In this document: positions 18,704-29,630 of the stretch, piece after piece
Numbering within the stretch: the stretch's first letter is position 1
Layout: each line of letters opens with the position of its first letter
Origin: a bacterium
Lineage (GTDB): Bacteria; Chloroflexota; Dormibacteria; Aeolococcales; Aeolococcaceae
NCBI GenBank assembly: GCA_014874355.1
Contig: JACWAJ010000048.1
Location: 1-62,552, forward strand
Reading direction: 5' to 3'
DNA: 62,552 nt
Made by a program: the position numbers and the translations under genes
The notes under the pieces: model-generated
The model's database searches: none
Seen by the model: the letters and a program-made list of their open reading frames with translations, nothing else
Told to the model about the DNA's origin: nothing

Positions 18704-19506
18704 GTAAGTGCCACCAGTTTTACGAAGCAGAAGACCACGGGGCCGACCAGTAGAAGGCTGTCGAGGCGATCGAGAACACCGCCGTGACCGGGGATCATCT
18801 GGCTGGAGTCCTTGACCCCCGCCTCGCGCTTGAACTGGGACTCGGCGAGATCTCCGCCTTGGGCGGCGACAGTCACGAGCAGGCCGAGCAGCGCTCCCTG
18901 CCAGGCCGGCATGCCGGTGAGAGTTGGCGCAAGCAGTGCCAGGACGGCCACCACGGCCCCGCCTCCGGCCACTGCGCCCTCGACGCTCTTCTTCGGCGAG
19001 ATCGAGGGGAAGAAGCGGTGCCGGCCGAAGGCCGTTCCCGCAAAGTACGCGACGGTGTCCCCGGTGACGGGGCCGATCAACGCCAGCACGACCAGGCGCA
19101 GGCCGAAGTGATCGAGATGTCCTGGCAAACTCTGTATTGCGCCGAAGTAGCCGAGGCAGAGGCCGATACACACAGCGCCGATCAAGCTCGACATGAAGCG
19201 TACGAGTGGGGCGCGTAGCGCGACGACCCCCAGCAGACCGAGAACGAGACCCGCGCCAAGCCCGATCTCGACGGCGGGGAATCCACTTGGAAGGTAAAAG
19301 CGCAACGCCCACCACAACGCCGTGGGGTAGAGCAGCCACGGCAGGGGTGCCGCGCCCAGTCGGGAACAGAGCCCGGCGTACTCCCGGCAGCCGGCGATGA
19401 CCGCAACCGCCAGGAGGCCGCCTATGACCGGGCCTCCCAGCCATAGGCAAATGCCCACCGCGATGATGAGCACTGCACCGGATGCAACTCTGAGCAGTAG
19501 GTTCAT
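18700..19506 (-). CDS. cdsA: Phosphatidate cytidylyltransferase
   Basis: Multi-TM protein with the C-terminal signature S.FKR..GVKDSS..IPGHGGVLDR.DS. Confidence 0.9.
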   Translation of the reverse strand: MNLLLRVASGAVLIIAVGICLWLGGPVIGGLLAVAVIAGCREYAGLCSRLGAAPLPWLLYPTALWWALRFYLPSGFPAVEIGLGAGLVLGLLGVVALRAPLVRFMSSLIGAVCIGLCLGYFGAIQSLPGHLDHFGLRLVVLALIGPVTGDTVAYFAGTAFGRHRFFPSISPKKSVEGAVAGGGAVVAVLALLAPTLTGMPAWQGALLGLLVTVAAQGGDLAESQFKREAGVKDSSQMIPGHGGVLDRLDSLLLVGPVVFCFVKLVALT

Positions 19507-19516
19507 GCCGCTCCGC

Positions 19517-20290
19517 TCATGCCCTGGCCGGTGCCTTGTCGTCCGCCGGAGGGCTCTCTACTACCTGCCCGAAACGCCGCACTCGCGAGGCGAAGTCGGC
19601 GAGCGCAAGGCCCACCTCGTGGGCTCCAAAGTCCGGCCAGAGCACGTCGGTGACCCAGATTTCCGCGTAAGCGGCCTGCCAAAGCAGGAAGTTGCTGATC
19701 CGTCGCTCCCCGGCGGTGCGGATGATCAGATCGGGATCGGGCAGACCCGCTGTATACAACGCGCGGCCAAGCTGGTCCGGTTGCAGTTGGGTCAGGTCGG
19801 CGTCTTGTCGCGCCAGTTCGCGGACCGCTTCGGTGATTTCGGCTCGGCCGCCGTAGTTGATGGCGACGTTGAGGATGGCCGTGGTGTTGTTCGCAGTCAG
19901 AACCTCGGCCTGGTGGACCTTCTCGGCGAGCCGGGAACCCAGAGCGTCTGTTTCGCCGAGCGCGCGGATCTGGATCCCGTTGGCATGCAGTTCGTCCACC
20001 TCGTTATCGATCACCTCACCGAACAGGCGCATCAGCGCCAGAACCTCAGTCCGGGGCCGCGACCAGTTCTCGGTGCTGAATGCGTAAAGGGTCACGACGT
20101 CCACGCCGGCGGCATGACAGGCTTCGATGACAGGGCGGATGGCGCGAACCCCGGCGCGGTGGCCGGCGATGCGCGGCCGGTGGCGCTGGCGTGCCCAGCG
20201 CCCGTTGCCGTCCATGATGATCCCGATGTGCCGTGGCAGCTCAGTTTGCTTGTGCGGTGGGATGGCTGCTGGCGGAGGCGGACGGTGCAT
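19517..20290 (-). CDS. uppS: Isoprenyl transferase / undecaprenyl-diphosphate synthase
   Basis: HIGIIMDGNGRWA, TLYAFSTENW.RP and RTAGERRISNFLLWQAAYAE. Confidence 0.95.
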   Translation of the reverse strand: MHRPPPPAAIPPHKQTELPRHIGIIMDGNGRWARQRHRPRIAGHRAGVRAIRPVIEACHAAGVDVVTLYAFSTENWSRPRTEVLALMRLFGEVIDNEVDELHANGIQIRALGETDALGSRLAEKVHQAEVLTANNTTAILNVAINYGGRAEITEAVRELARQDADLTQLQPDQLGRALYTAGLPDPDLIIRTAGERRISNFLLWQAAYAEIWVTDVLWPDFGAHEVGLALADFASRVRRFGQVVESPPADDKAPARA

Positions 20291-20307
20291 GCGAAAAGTT
20301 AAGGGCC

Positions 20308-20901
20308 TCAGACCTCGAGGATCTCGGCCTCCTTGTGTGAGGCCACTGCATCGATTTTGGCGGTGAACCGATCGGTCAGTTTCTGCAATTCGCCAATCTT
20401 GGTCTCGACCTCGTCGCGGCTGATGTGCCCATCCTTCTCCACCTTGCGGAGATGTTCGACCTCGTCACGACGGATGTTGCGGACCGAAACCCGGGCTTCT
20501 TCAGCACTCGACTTGACCAGCTTGACCATATCCCGGCGTCGATCTTCGGTCAGCGCCGGAATGTTGATGCGAATCGCATGGCCGTCGTTATTGGGGGTCA
20601 AGCCCAACTCGCTCTTCAGGATGGCCTTCTCGATGGCGGCGACAGCATTGCGATCGTAGGGTTGAATCACGAGCAGCCGGGCTTCTGGGGTCGAAATGCT
20701 GGCCAGGCTCTGAAGCGGTGACATGACACCGTAGTAGTCGACCTGAAGCCGTTCAACCAGAGCGGGCGCGGCCCGTCCCGTCCGGATACCGCCGAGATCC
20801 TTGTGGAGCGCTTCGATGCTCTTATCCATGCGCATCTCGGCTTCGGCAAGGCGCTCTGCGACCACAACTCGAGCCTCGTCGCTCTTGGTGCGTTCGGTCA
20901 T
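20308..20901 (-). CDS. frr: Ribosome recycling factor
   Basis: Typical RRF sequence (GIRTGRA.P.L...V.V.YYG, ...NIP.LTE.RR...K). The start overlaps the pyrH stop (ATGA). Confidence 0.95.
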   Translation of the reverse strand: MTERTKSDEARVVVAERLAEAEMRMDKSIEALHKDLGGIRTGRAAPALVERLQVDYYGVMSPLQSLASISTPEARLLVIQPYDRNAVAAIEKAILKSELGLTPNNDGHAIRINIPALTEDRRRDMVKLVKSSAEEARVSVRNIRRDEVEHLRKVEKDGHISRDEVETKIGELQKLTDRFTAKIDAVASHKEAEILEV

Positions 20902-21659
20902 ACCTTTGCTCCTTTCTCTATTGGAACCTCGCCACCGTCGACGCGAGTTCCAACCTTCTCACCCATGACGACCTGTTCGATACTGCCCGCTTCGAAGATG
21001 TCGAAGACGATGATGGGCATTTGGTTGTCCTTGCACAGGGTCAATGCGGTGCTGTCCATGACCGCAATTCCGCGATTCAGCGCATCCATGTAGGTGAGGT
21101 GCGGCAACTTCTCCGCCGATGGATGGGTGACCGGGTCTTCGGTGTAGATGCCGTCGACCTTGGTGGCCTTGAGCAGCACCTGCGCATTGAGTTCGGCAGC
21201 GCGCAACGCCGCCGCGGTGTCGGTGGAAAAGAATGGGCTGCCGGTCCCGGCGCAGAGGATGACGATACGTCCCTTCTCGAGGTGGCGAACCGCCCGGCGC
21301 GGAATGAACGGTTCGGCGACCTGGTGCATCTCAATGGCCGACAAAACGCGGCATTGAAGCCCGAGTTGCTCAAGTGCCGCCCGCATTGCCAGCGCGTTGA
21401 TGACGGTGGCGAGCATGCCCATGTAATCGCCCGTGACACGGTCGAGTCCCTTGAGGCTCGCCTCCATGCCGCGCACGATATTGCCGCCGCCAATGATGAC
21501 GGCGATCTGCACGCCGCGAGCATGGACCCGTGCCACCTCGGAGGCCACCCGTTCGAAAGTTGGGAGGTCGAGGCCCGAGGCTACCGCGCCCAGGACTGCC
21601 TCCCCGCTCAATTTGAGAACTATCCGGCTGTAGTGAGGGGCAGCACCTTCTTCCACCAC
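20898..21659 (-). CDS. pyrH: UMP kinase
   Basis: YSRIVLKLSGEA, VIIGGGNI.RG and TGSPFFSTDTAAALRA. The start was placed at GTG 21659, downstream of the tsf stop. The track ORF's first roughly 44 aa overlap tsf. Confidence 0.93.
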   Translation of the reverse strand: MVEEGAAPHYSRIVLKLSGEAVLGAVASGLDLPTFERVASEVARVHARGVQIAVIIGGGNIVRGMEASLKGLDRVTGDYMGMLATVINALAMRAALEQLGLQCRVLSAIEMHQVAEPFIPRRAVRHLEKGRIVILCAGTGSPFFSTDTAAALRAAELNAQVLLKATKVDGIYTEDPVTHPSAEKLPHLTYMDALNRGIAVMDSTALTLCKDNQMPIIVFDIFEAGSIEQVVMGEKVGTRVDGGEVPIEKGAKV

Positions 21660-21688
21660 GCCGACGTCCTTGAGCACCGCCGGCGCTC

Positions 21689-22330
21689 TCAGTTGCCGGC
21701 CGGAGCGGCAGTATCGGGGGCTGCGGCACCTCCGACTTGGAAGCGCACAAAACGTGCGACCGAGATGTTCTCGCCGAGCTTGGCCACACATTCCTTGACC
21801 AGCTCATCGACGCGCTTCTTGTCGTCCTTGATCCAAGGCTGTTCCAGCAGGCAGCTCTGAGCATAGAAGCTGCTGAGCTTCCCCTCCAGAATCTTGTCGA
21901 CGATGTTGGCGGGCTTGCCCTCGACCTGCACCTTGTAGACGTTGCGTTCGCGTTCGACGACATCTTCAGGCACGTCTTCGCGCCTGACGTACTTCGGCGC
22001 CGCACCGGCAACCTGCAGCGCCAGTTCACGTGCCAGCGTCTTGAATTGGTCGGTCTTGGCGACGAAATCGGACTCGCAGTTCAACTCGACCAGGACGCCG
22101 AGTTTGGTCACTCCCCCGGCGGCGTGTATATAGGCTTCGATAACACCTTCGTTGGTTGAGCGACCCGCCCGGTCGGCGGCTTTGGACATGCCCTTCTCTC
22201 GCAACCAGTCGGTCGCCTTGTCGAGGTCACCCCCAGCCGCCACCAGCGCCTTCTTGCACTCCATCATGCCCGCGCTTGTCATTTCGCGCAGTTGCTTCAC
22301 GAGTGCTGCAGAGATAGCGACAGCCATCAT
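21689..22330 (-). CDS. tsf: Elongation factor Ts (short form)
   Basis: N-terminal UBA-like ISAALVKQLREMTSAGMMECKKAL, then AAHIAA-type core. Confidence 0.95.
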   Translation of the reverse strand: MMAVAISAALVKQLREMTSAGMMECKKALVAAGGDLDKATDWLREKGMSKAADRAGRSTNEGVIEAYIHAAGGVTKLGVLVELNCESDFVAKTDQFKTLARELALQVAGAAPKYVRREDVPEDVVERERNVYKVQVEGKPANIVDKILEGKLSSFYAQSCLLEQPWIKDDKKRVDELVKECVAKLGENISVARFVRFQVGGAAAPDTAAPAGN

Positions 22331-23187
22331 GCCTCCTTACCTGTTTGAGAAATGACGCCGGCGAATTCCGCCTCGGAGACCTTGGCCACACCGTCTGCAT
22401 TGTCCGCCTCAGCCGCAGCGAGTGCGATCGCCTCCTGGGCGGTCTTCTCCGCCAATGCTTTGGCCTCTGCCAGCTCGCGCGCTTCATTCAACTCGCGTTC
22501 GGCAAACAGCTGCTGTCCGTCGACGATGGCGTCGGTGATGGTCTTGACGATGAGGCGCACGGCGCGAATCGCATCGTCGTTGCTCGGGATGATGTGCTGG
22601 ATCTCGTCGGGATCGCAATTGGTGTCGAGGATCGCGATGATGGGAATGCCGAGCTTGTTGGCCTCGGTAACCGCCAGACGTTCCTTCTTGCAGTCGACGA
22701 TGAACAGGGCGGCGGGAACACGCTCCATCGAGGCGATGCCGCCGAAGTTGCGCTCCAGGCGTTCGAGGTCGTCCCTGCGGACATTGGCCTCTTTGGTCCC
22801 CATGCGTGCGAAGTCACCTCGTTCGCGAATCCCACGAAGTTTGGCCAGGGTCGCAAGCCGGCGCTGGATGACGCTGAAGTTGGTGAGCAGGCCGCCGAGC
22901 CAGCGGTTGGTCACGTAGTACTGCCCGCTTCGCGCGCAGCCCTCGAGAATCGAGTCCTGAGCCTGCTTCTTGGTTCCGACGAAGAGGATCTTCTGCCCGC
23001 CCGCAACTATGTCGCGGGCCACGGTGCAGGCTTCGTCGAGCATTTTCTGGGTCTGCACCAAGTCGATGATGTGAATTCCGTTGCGTGCCGTGAAAATGTA
23101 CGGGCGCATCTTGGGGTTCCACCGGCTGGTCTGGTGGCCGAAGTGGACACCGGCTTCGAGCAACTGGCGGAGGGTAGTCGTCGGCAT
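22327..23187 (-). CDS. rpsB: 30S ribosomal protein S2
   Basis: LLEAGVHFGHQTSRWNPKM..YIF..RNGIHIIDL. It has an acidic/Ala-rich C-terminal tail and a 4-nt overlap with tsf. Confidence 0.95.
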   Translation of the reverse strand: MPTTTLRQLLEAGVHFGHQTSRWNPKMRPYIFTARNGIHIIDLVQTQKMLDEACTVARDIVAGGQKILFVGTKKQAQDSILEGCARSGQYYVTNRWLGGLLTNFSVIQRRLATLAKLRGIRERGDFARMGTKEANVRRDDLERLERNFGGIASMERVPAALFIVDCKKERLAVTEANKLGIPIIAILDTNCDPDEIQHIIPSNDDAIRAVRLIVKTITDAIVDGQQLFAERELNEARELAEAKALAEKTAQEAIALAAAEADNADGVAKVSEAEFAGVISQTGKEA

Positions 23188-23294
23188 AGCCGATCCTCCT
23201 TGGCTTGTTTGACCTCCGCCCGACCGGACCGTGACCGCACCCCGAAGGGCACTTGCGGTAACGCTTGACCGAGCGTGTGCATTTGACTTTGAGT

Positions 23295-25528
<2,234 letters not shown>

Positions 25529-25532
25529 GATG

Positions 25533-26579
25533 TCAAGCCTCAAAAAGCGACTCCTGCCCGTTGCCCGAACCGGGCACGCCCGGGGGGACGGCAAGGCCGA
25601 GGTGTTGGTATGCAGTAGCGGTTGCCAGCCGGCCGCGAGGCGTCCTGGCGAGCATGCCAAGCCGGATCAGATAAGGTTCGACCACATCCTCAATGGTCTC
25701 GGTTTCCTCCTGGACGCTCACCGCCAGCGTGCTGATTCCGACGGGTTGCCCCGCCAGTGCACCGCATAGCAGGCCGAGTACGCGCCGGTCCATGTCATCC
25801 AGGCCGAGCGTGTCCACGTTGAGCACGTCCAGTGCCGCTCCGGCCACCGCGGCATCGATGCGGCCGTCGGCTCGCACCTGGGCGTAGTCGCGAGCGCGAC
25901 GTAGCAGCCGGTTGGCGATGCGAGGCGTGCCACGCGAGCGAGAGGCCAGCAACTCGGCGCCGTCTCGGTCGATGTCGACATGGAGCAGGCCCGCGGAACG
26001 CAAGACGATGGAGGTCAGTTCCTCGGTGTCGTAGAAGTCGAGGCGGAAGACCACCCCGAAGCGATCGCGCAGCGGCCCCCCCAGCGCCCCGGCGCGAGTC
26101 GTGGCCCCGATTACCGTGAAATGGTTGAGCGTCAGGCGGAGCGCCTGGGCACCGGCGCCCTTGCCCGCCACCCAGTCGAAAGCGAAGTCCTCCATGGCGG
26201 GATAGAGGGCTTCCTCGACCGCCCGGGCCAGACGATGGACTTCGTCAACGAAGAACACGTCGCGATCATTGAGCGATGTCAACACGGATGCCAGCATGCC
26301 CTGGTGTTCGATCGCCGGCCCGCTGGTGAGGCGGGCCTTGACCCCCATCTCCGTGGCCAGAATCTGTGCCAGCGTCGTCTTGCCCAGTCCGGGCGGGCCA
26401 TAGATGAGGATGTGGTCGAGAGCCTCATTACGACCGCGAGCAGCCTCCAGCAGAATGGAAACCTGCTCTCGCACCGCCTTCTGGCCGACGAACTCGTCGA
26501 GGCGTTGTGGACGCAGCGCGAAGTCGGCGGCACGCTCGTCTTCGAGTTCGTGCGGCGCGACGATGCGGGTCTCGTTCAT
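25533..26579 (-). CDS. ruvB: Holliday junction branch migration ATPase RuvB
   Basis: LRPQRLDEFVGQ, Walker A GPPGLGKTTLA, and FVDEVHRL. Confidence 0.95.
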   Translation of the reverse strand: MNETRIVAPHELEDERAADFALRPQRLDEFVGQKAVREQVSILLEAARGRNEALDHILIYGPPGLGKTTLAQILATEMGVKARLTSGPAIEHQGMLASVLTSLNDRDVFFVDEVHRLARAVEEALYPAMEDFAFDWVAGKGAGAQALRLTLNHFTVIGATTRAGALGGPLRDRFGVVFRLDFYDTEELTSIVLRSAGLLHVDIDRDGAELLASRSRGTPRIANRLLRRARDYAQVRADGRIDAAVAGAALDVLNVDTLGLDDMDRRVLGLLCGALAGQPVGISTLAVSVQEETETIEDVVEPYLIRLGMLARTPRGRLATATAYQHLGLAVPPGVPGSGNGQESLFEA

Positions 26580-26582
26580 GAC

Positions 26583-27185
26583 CTAAGCTCCACCCTGGTC
26601 GAGCTGTCGCAGCGCGGCAGCCACCAGTGCGTTGACATTGTCCGCATCGACAGTGGAGCGCACCGCGACGAGAGCGCTACGGACTTCGGCCTCGTGAAAG
26701 CCGAGGCCCACCAGGGCTTCGGCCGCGGCGTCGCTCTTGGCGGTGGCGGGAGAAACCTGCGTCCCGCCCGGCCCCGCCAGCCAGCCGACCTTGCCCCGCA
26801 GCTCGAGAACCACCCTCTCGGCCGTCTTGCGGCCGACGCCCGGAACCGTGGCGAGCAATGCCGCGTCGCCGTCGCGCAATGCCAACGCCAGCGTGGTCAG
26901 CTCCGCACGCCCGAGGATCGCCAGCGCAGCCTTGGGTCCGATGCGTTCGACACTGATGAGCAGACGGAAGAGCCGCAATTCGTCGAGACTGGCGAAGCCG
27001 TAGAGGCGGATGGCATCGTCACTCACCGAGGTGTGGACATGCAGCACAACTTCGCCGTCGCCACTGTCGTGCAGCCACGCCAGCGTTCGCGCATTGCAGT
27101 TGACCTGATAGCCGACGCCACCGGTGTCAATGATCGCCGCGTCGTTGCCGAGAGTCGCGATACGGCCGCGCAGCAGGGCGATCAC
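26583..27185 (-). CDS. ruvA: Holliday junction DNA-binding protein RuvA
   Basis: VIALLRGRI......GGVGYQV N-terminus, HhH motifs (VPGVGRKTAERV) and a C-terminal domain III. GTG 27185 overlaps the ruvC stop (GTGA). Confidence 0.9.
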   Translation of the reverse strand: MIALLRGRIATLGNDAAIIDTGGVGYQVNCNARTLAWLHDSGDGEVVLHVHTSVSDDAIRLYGFASLDELRLFRLLISVERIGPKAALAILGRAELTTLALALRDGDAALLATVPGVGRKTAERVVLELRGKVGWLAGPGGTQVSPATAKSDAAAEALVGLGFHEAEVRSALVAVRSTVDADNVNALVAAALRQLDQGGA

Positions 27186-27748
27186 GACCGTACCGCCTCG
27201 AACTTTGTGCGTGCCAGTGCGACGGCCCGTTCCAGAGATGGCGTAGAGGTGCAGGTCCGGTCCTGAACGCCAACGCCAAGCCCGGCGCGGTGGTGGTGGC
27301 AGATGGCCACAGCGCAAGCGTCGGCGACGTCGTCGTGGCCGGGAATGCGTTCCACTCCGAGCAGACGGCATGCCATTCGCGCCACCTGGGGCTTACGTGC
27401 CCCCCCGAAGCCGGCTACGGATTCCTTGACCTGATTGGGCGTATACGAGGCGATGGGAACGCCGGCGTGGGCCAGTGCACACAGCACGGCACCGCGCGCC
27501 TGCGCCACGGAAATGGCGGTGGCGCGGTTGGTGGAGAAATACAACTCCTCCACTGCGGCAACCTCAGGCCGCGCGTCTCGCGCCGCTTGCTCTACACGCA
27601 CGAACAGACTGGCAAGCCGCATCCCCACCTCGGCATTCGGCGCGGTCTCGACACAGCCGGCGCTGATAAGCGTGAGCTGCCCGACACTGCCGTCCACAAC
27701 CGCGATCCCGGTGCGTCCGAGCCCAGGGTCGATGCCTAGCACCCTCAT
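27182..27748 (-). CDS. ruvC: Crossover junction endodeoxyribonuclease RuvC
   Basis: MRVLGIDPGLGRTGIAVV, catalytic acidic residues, and ...HDDVADACAVAICH. The start is ATG 27748, after the yebC stop. Confidence 0.9.
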   Translation of the reverse strand: MRVLGIDPGLGRTGIAVVDGSVGQLTLISAGCVETAPNAEVGMRLASLFVRVEQAARDARPEVAAVEELYFSTNRATAISVAQARGAVLCALAHAGVPIASYTPNQVKESVAGFGGARKPQVARMACRLLGVERIPGHDDVADACAVAICHHHRAGLGVGVQDRTCTSTPSLERAVALARTKFEAVRS

Positions 27749-27752
27749 TCGG

Positions 27753-28511
27753 TCACCCCACGGATTCCAGTACGGAGTCGGGAAATTCCGCGTTGGCGTA
27801 GACCTGCTGCACGTCGTCGTCGTCGTCCAGGTTCTCGAGCAGACGGACCACGGTCTCCGCCTGCTTCGCATCCAACTCCACCGTGACGTTGGGGCTCATC
27901 GTCAAATCGGAATCCTCGATCACGTGACCCGCCGCCTCGATCACGCGACAGACCTCCTCGAAGAGCGTTGGCCCCACAGTGACCACCACGCCGTCATCCT
28001 CGACGCTGATGTCTCCATCGATGCCAACGTCGACCACCTCGAGCAGTTCAAGCGCGAGTTGCTCGGGATCATGACCCTTGGCCTCCACCCGGATGACACC
28101 GCGATGAGTGAACATCCAACCGACGCTGTTGCTTTCCCCAAGGGCTCCACCCGCGCGGGTGAAGATGTTGCGCAGCGACGCAACCGTGCGCCGGCGGTTG
28201 TCGGTAAGGACGTCGACCATCACCGCCACGGCATGGGGCCCGTAGCCCTCGTAGCGAACCTCTTCGAAGGCGGCCGAGTCCTTGCTCCCACTGCCGCGCT
28301 GAATAGCCCGCTCGATGTTGTCGGCCGGCATGTTGACTTCTCTGGCCTTCTGGATGGCCAGGCGCAACCGGAAGTTTCCGGTTGGGTCGTCGCCGCCGTC
28401 GCGGGCCGCAACGGTTATTTCGCGTGCCACCTTGGTGAATATCTGAGCGCGCTTGGCGTCGACAATCGCCTTCTTGTGTTTGATTCCTGCCCACTTGCTG
28501 TGACCAGACAT
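27753..28511 (-). CDS. yebC: YebC/PmpR family DNA-binding transcriptional regulator
   Basis: MSGHSKWAGIKHKKA...KRAQIFTK N-terminus is diagnostic. GGAGG lies 5 nt upstream of the ATG. Confidence 0.9.
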   Translation of the reverse strand: MSGHSKWAGIKHKKAIVDAKRAQIFTKVAREITVAARDGGDDPTGNFRLRLAIQKAREVNMPADNIERAIQRGSGSKDSAAFEEVRYEGYGPHAVAVMVDVLTDNRRRTVASLRNIFTRAGGALGESNSVGWMFTHRGVIRVEAKGHDPEQLALELLEVVDVGIDGDISVEDDGVVVTVGPTLFEEVCRVIEAAGHVIEDSDLTMSPNVTVELDAKQAETVVRLLENLDDDDDVQQVYANAEFPDSVLESVG

Positions 28512-28667
28512 AGTGCCTCCACCACGCCGGCATCGTCTTTAGACGCCGAACATCCGTTCCATAACTGTAGTCGCCCCGCGCCGAACAGTCTACGTTCGAC
28601 AATGGCAAGGAGGCTGCTTACAGCTTGAGCCAAAGGCGAAAAGCGATGCCGTGAACATTTCGTGACC

Positions 28668-28695
28668 TTGACGAATCCAGCAGGAGGCCTACACT
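28668..28695 (+). promoter_or_regulatory. Candidate sigma70-type promoter (TTGACG-16 nt-TACACT)
   Basis: The -35 element TTGACG (28668-28673) and the -10 element TACACT (28690-28695) are 16 nt apart. They face a 300-nt stretch that has no plus-strand gene. Confidence 0.3.
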
Positions 28696-28701
28696 CTGAT
28701 T

Positions 28702-29025
28702 ACGTCTTTCGTAGGTTCGCAGGATAGGAGGGAACCCTTCAAGATGCGTACCGTCTGGCAATCTCTGAGGCACGGTCGAGCCGAGTTGTGACGCCCGGCC
28801 GGGGCGGTCAGTCTGTGGTCGTAGCACCGCCGTTGAATCGACACGGTTAGAGGTCGATCCGGAAGGCAGGATGGGTCCAAAGGGTGTACGAGACTTAGAA
28901 CGCTTCGGCCGGGCTGAAAGGAAGTGGCACCTGCTAGACGGGTGTCATTGATAACCCGGATCATTCCTCCGGGTCAGCCGATACAACGGCTTTTAGGAGG
29001 CCCCCTTGAGGGGCCTCTTCTTTTT
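28702..29025 (+). ncRNA. Candidate orphan structured RNA (about 320 nt, family unknown)
   Basis: It is bounded by the promoter-like site and a strong plus-strand intrinsic terminator. It contains many local hairpins (GGUUC...GAACC, CGCCC-GGCCG-GGGCG, GAUCCGG...CCGGAUC, GCCG-AUACAA-CGGC). No plus-strand ORF of 60 aa or more starts upstream of 28924, and both neighbouring genes are on the opposite strand. Confidence 0.35.
28997..29025 (+). terminator. Rho-independent terminator (plus-strand orientation)
   Basis: Perfect 8-bp GC-rich stem GAGGCCCC / GGGGCCTC with a 5-nt loop, followed by TTCTTTTT. Confidence 0.65.
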
Positions 29026-29036
29026 GGCGCAGCCTC

Positions 29037-29630
29037 TTATATCGGTATCGAGATCGCGGGATGGCCCGCCAAGCAGAAGCGGAGGGCGGCCTCGGTGTTA
29101 TGGCGAATTCCGATCCGAGGAGCGGTGGCAATGTTGGGGACATCGTCTGCTGGGATCACCCGCAGGCGGGCGCCCACAGAACAGACATCGAGGCCGTTGT
29201 CGTCGCGGGTGATCCCGAGGCCACGACAAAAATTACCCGGCCCGCTCAACAGGCGATCGTCGGCAATCTGGCCGCCGGTGGCTGCTCGTCGCGATCGGAT
29301 GGTGTCCGCCCCCTGCTCCACGGCCGCAGCGCGCAGCAGCACCGCGCCGGCCTTGCCCCGTGCCTCGGTGACGAGATTGGCACAGTGGTGCATGCCGTAG
29401 ACGAAATAGACATAGAGGTGGCCGGGTTCGCCAAACATGATCTGCGACCGTGGCGTCAGGCCACGATACGCATGCGACGCAAGATCGTCCTCACCGAGAT
29501 ACGCCTCGACCTCCACGAGCCGTGCCACCACCGTGTCACCATCCAGGCAGACACGGGCGCCTATCAGTTCGCGGGCCACCGTTACGGTGTCGCGGTCAAA
29601 GAAATCGCGACCGGTGAAGGCCACGGTCAA
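29037..29630 (-). CDS. mpg: DNA-3-methyladenine glycosylase (Mpg/AAG family)
   Basis: VEVEAYLGEDDLASHAYRGLTPRSQIMFGEPGHLYVYFVYGMHHCANLV is the family signature. Confidence 0.85.
   Translation of the reverse strand: MTVAFTGRDFFDRDTVTVARELIGARVCLDGDTVVARLVEVEAYLGEDDLASHAYRGLTPRSQIMFGEPGHLYVYFVYGMHHCANLVTEARGKAGAVLLRAAAVEQGADTIRSRRAATGGQIADDRLLSGPGNFCRGLGITRDDNGLDVCSVGARLRVIPADDVPNIATAPRIGIRHNTEAALRFCLAGHPAISIPI

Noticed and set aside
23235-23258. UUCG-capped hairpin in the rpsB 5' UTR as a specific S2-binding leader.
   Set aside because: The hairpin is real in sequence (CCGCAAGUGCCC-UUCG-GGGUGCGG on the minus strand). However, I cannot connect it to a defined rpsB leader motif by eye, and a single stable hairpin in a 5' UTR is not distinctive.
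28689-28964. 91-aa minus-strand ORF, 69-aa ORF (28618-28827) and 158-aa plus-strand ORF (28924-29400) in or around the large gap.
   Set aside because: None has an SD. The sequences are Arg/Pro/Ser-rich and unconvincing. The 158-aa ORF is antisense to the well-supported mpg gene.
28512-29036. RNase P RNA, tmRNA, SRP/4.5S RNA, 6S RNA or a riboswitch as the identity of the large intergenic RNA candidate.
   Set aside because: Several signatures were checked and none fit:
- RNase P: there is no GGAAAGUCCGGGC-type P4 strand on either strand. The AACCCGGAUCA segment resembles the 3' P4 strand, but its partner GAUCCGG is only 95 nt away.
- tmRNA: there is no tRNA-like T-arm/CCACCA end and no ...LAA tag frame. 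The CUGGAUUCGUC match on the minus strand would run into yebC.
- SRP: the CCGGAAGG tetraloop-like segment lacks the conserved AGCA symmetric-loop motif.
- 6S: the candidate is about 320 nt, much longer than a typical 6S RNA of roughly 180 nt.
- Riboswitch: there is no downstream gene on the plus strand.
The identity is left as unknown.
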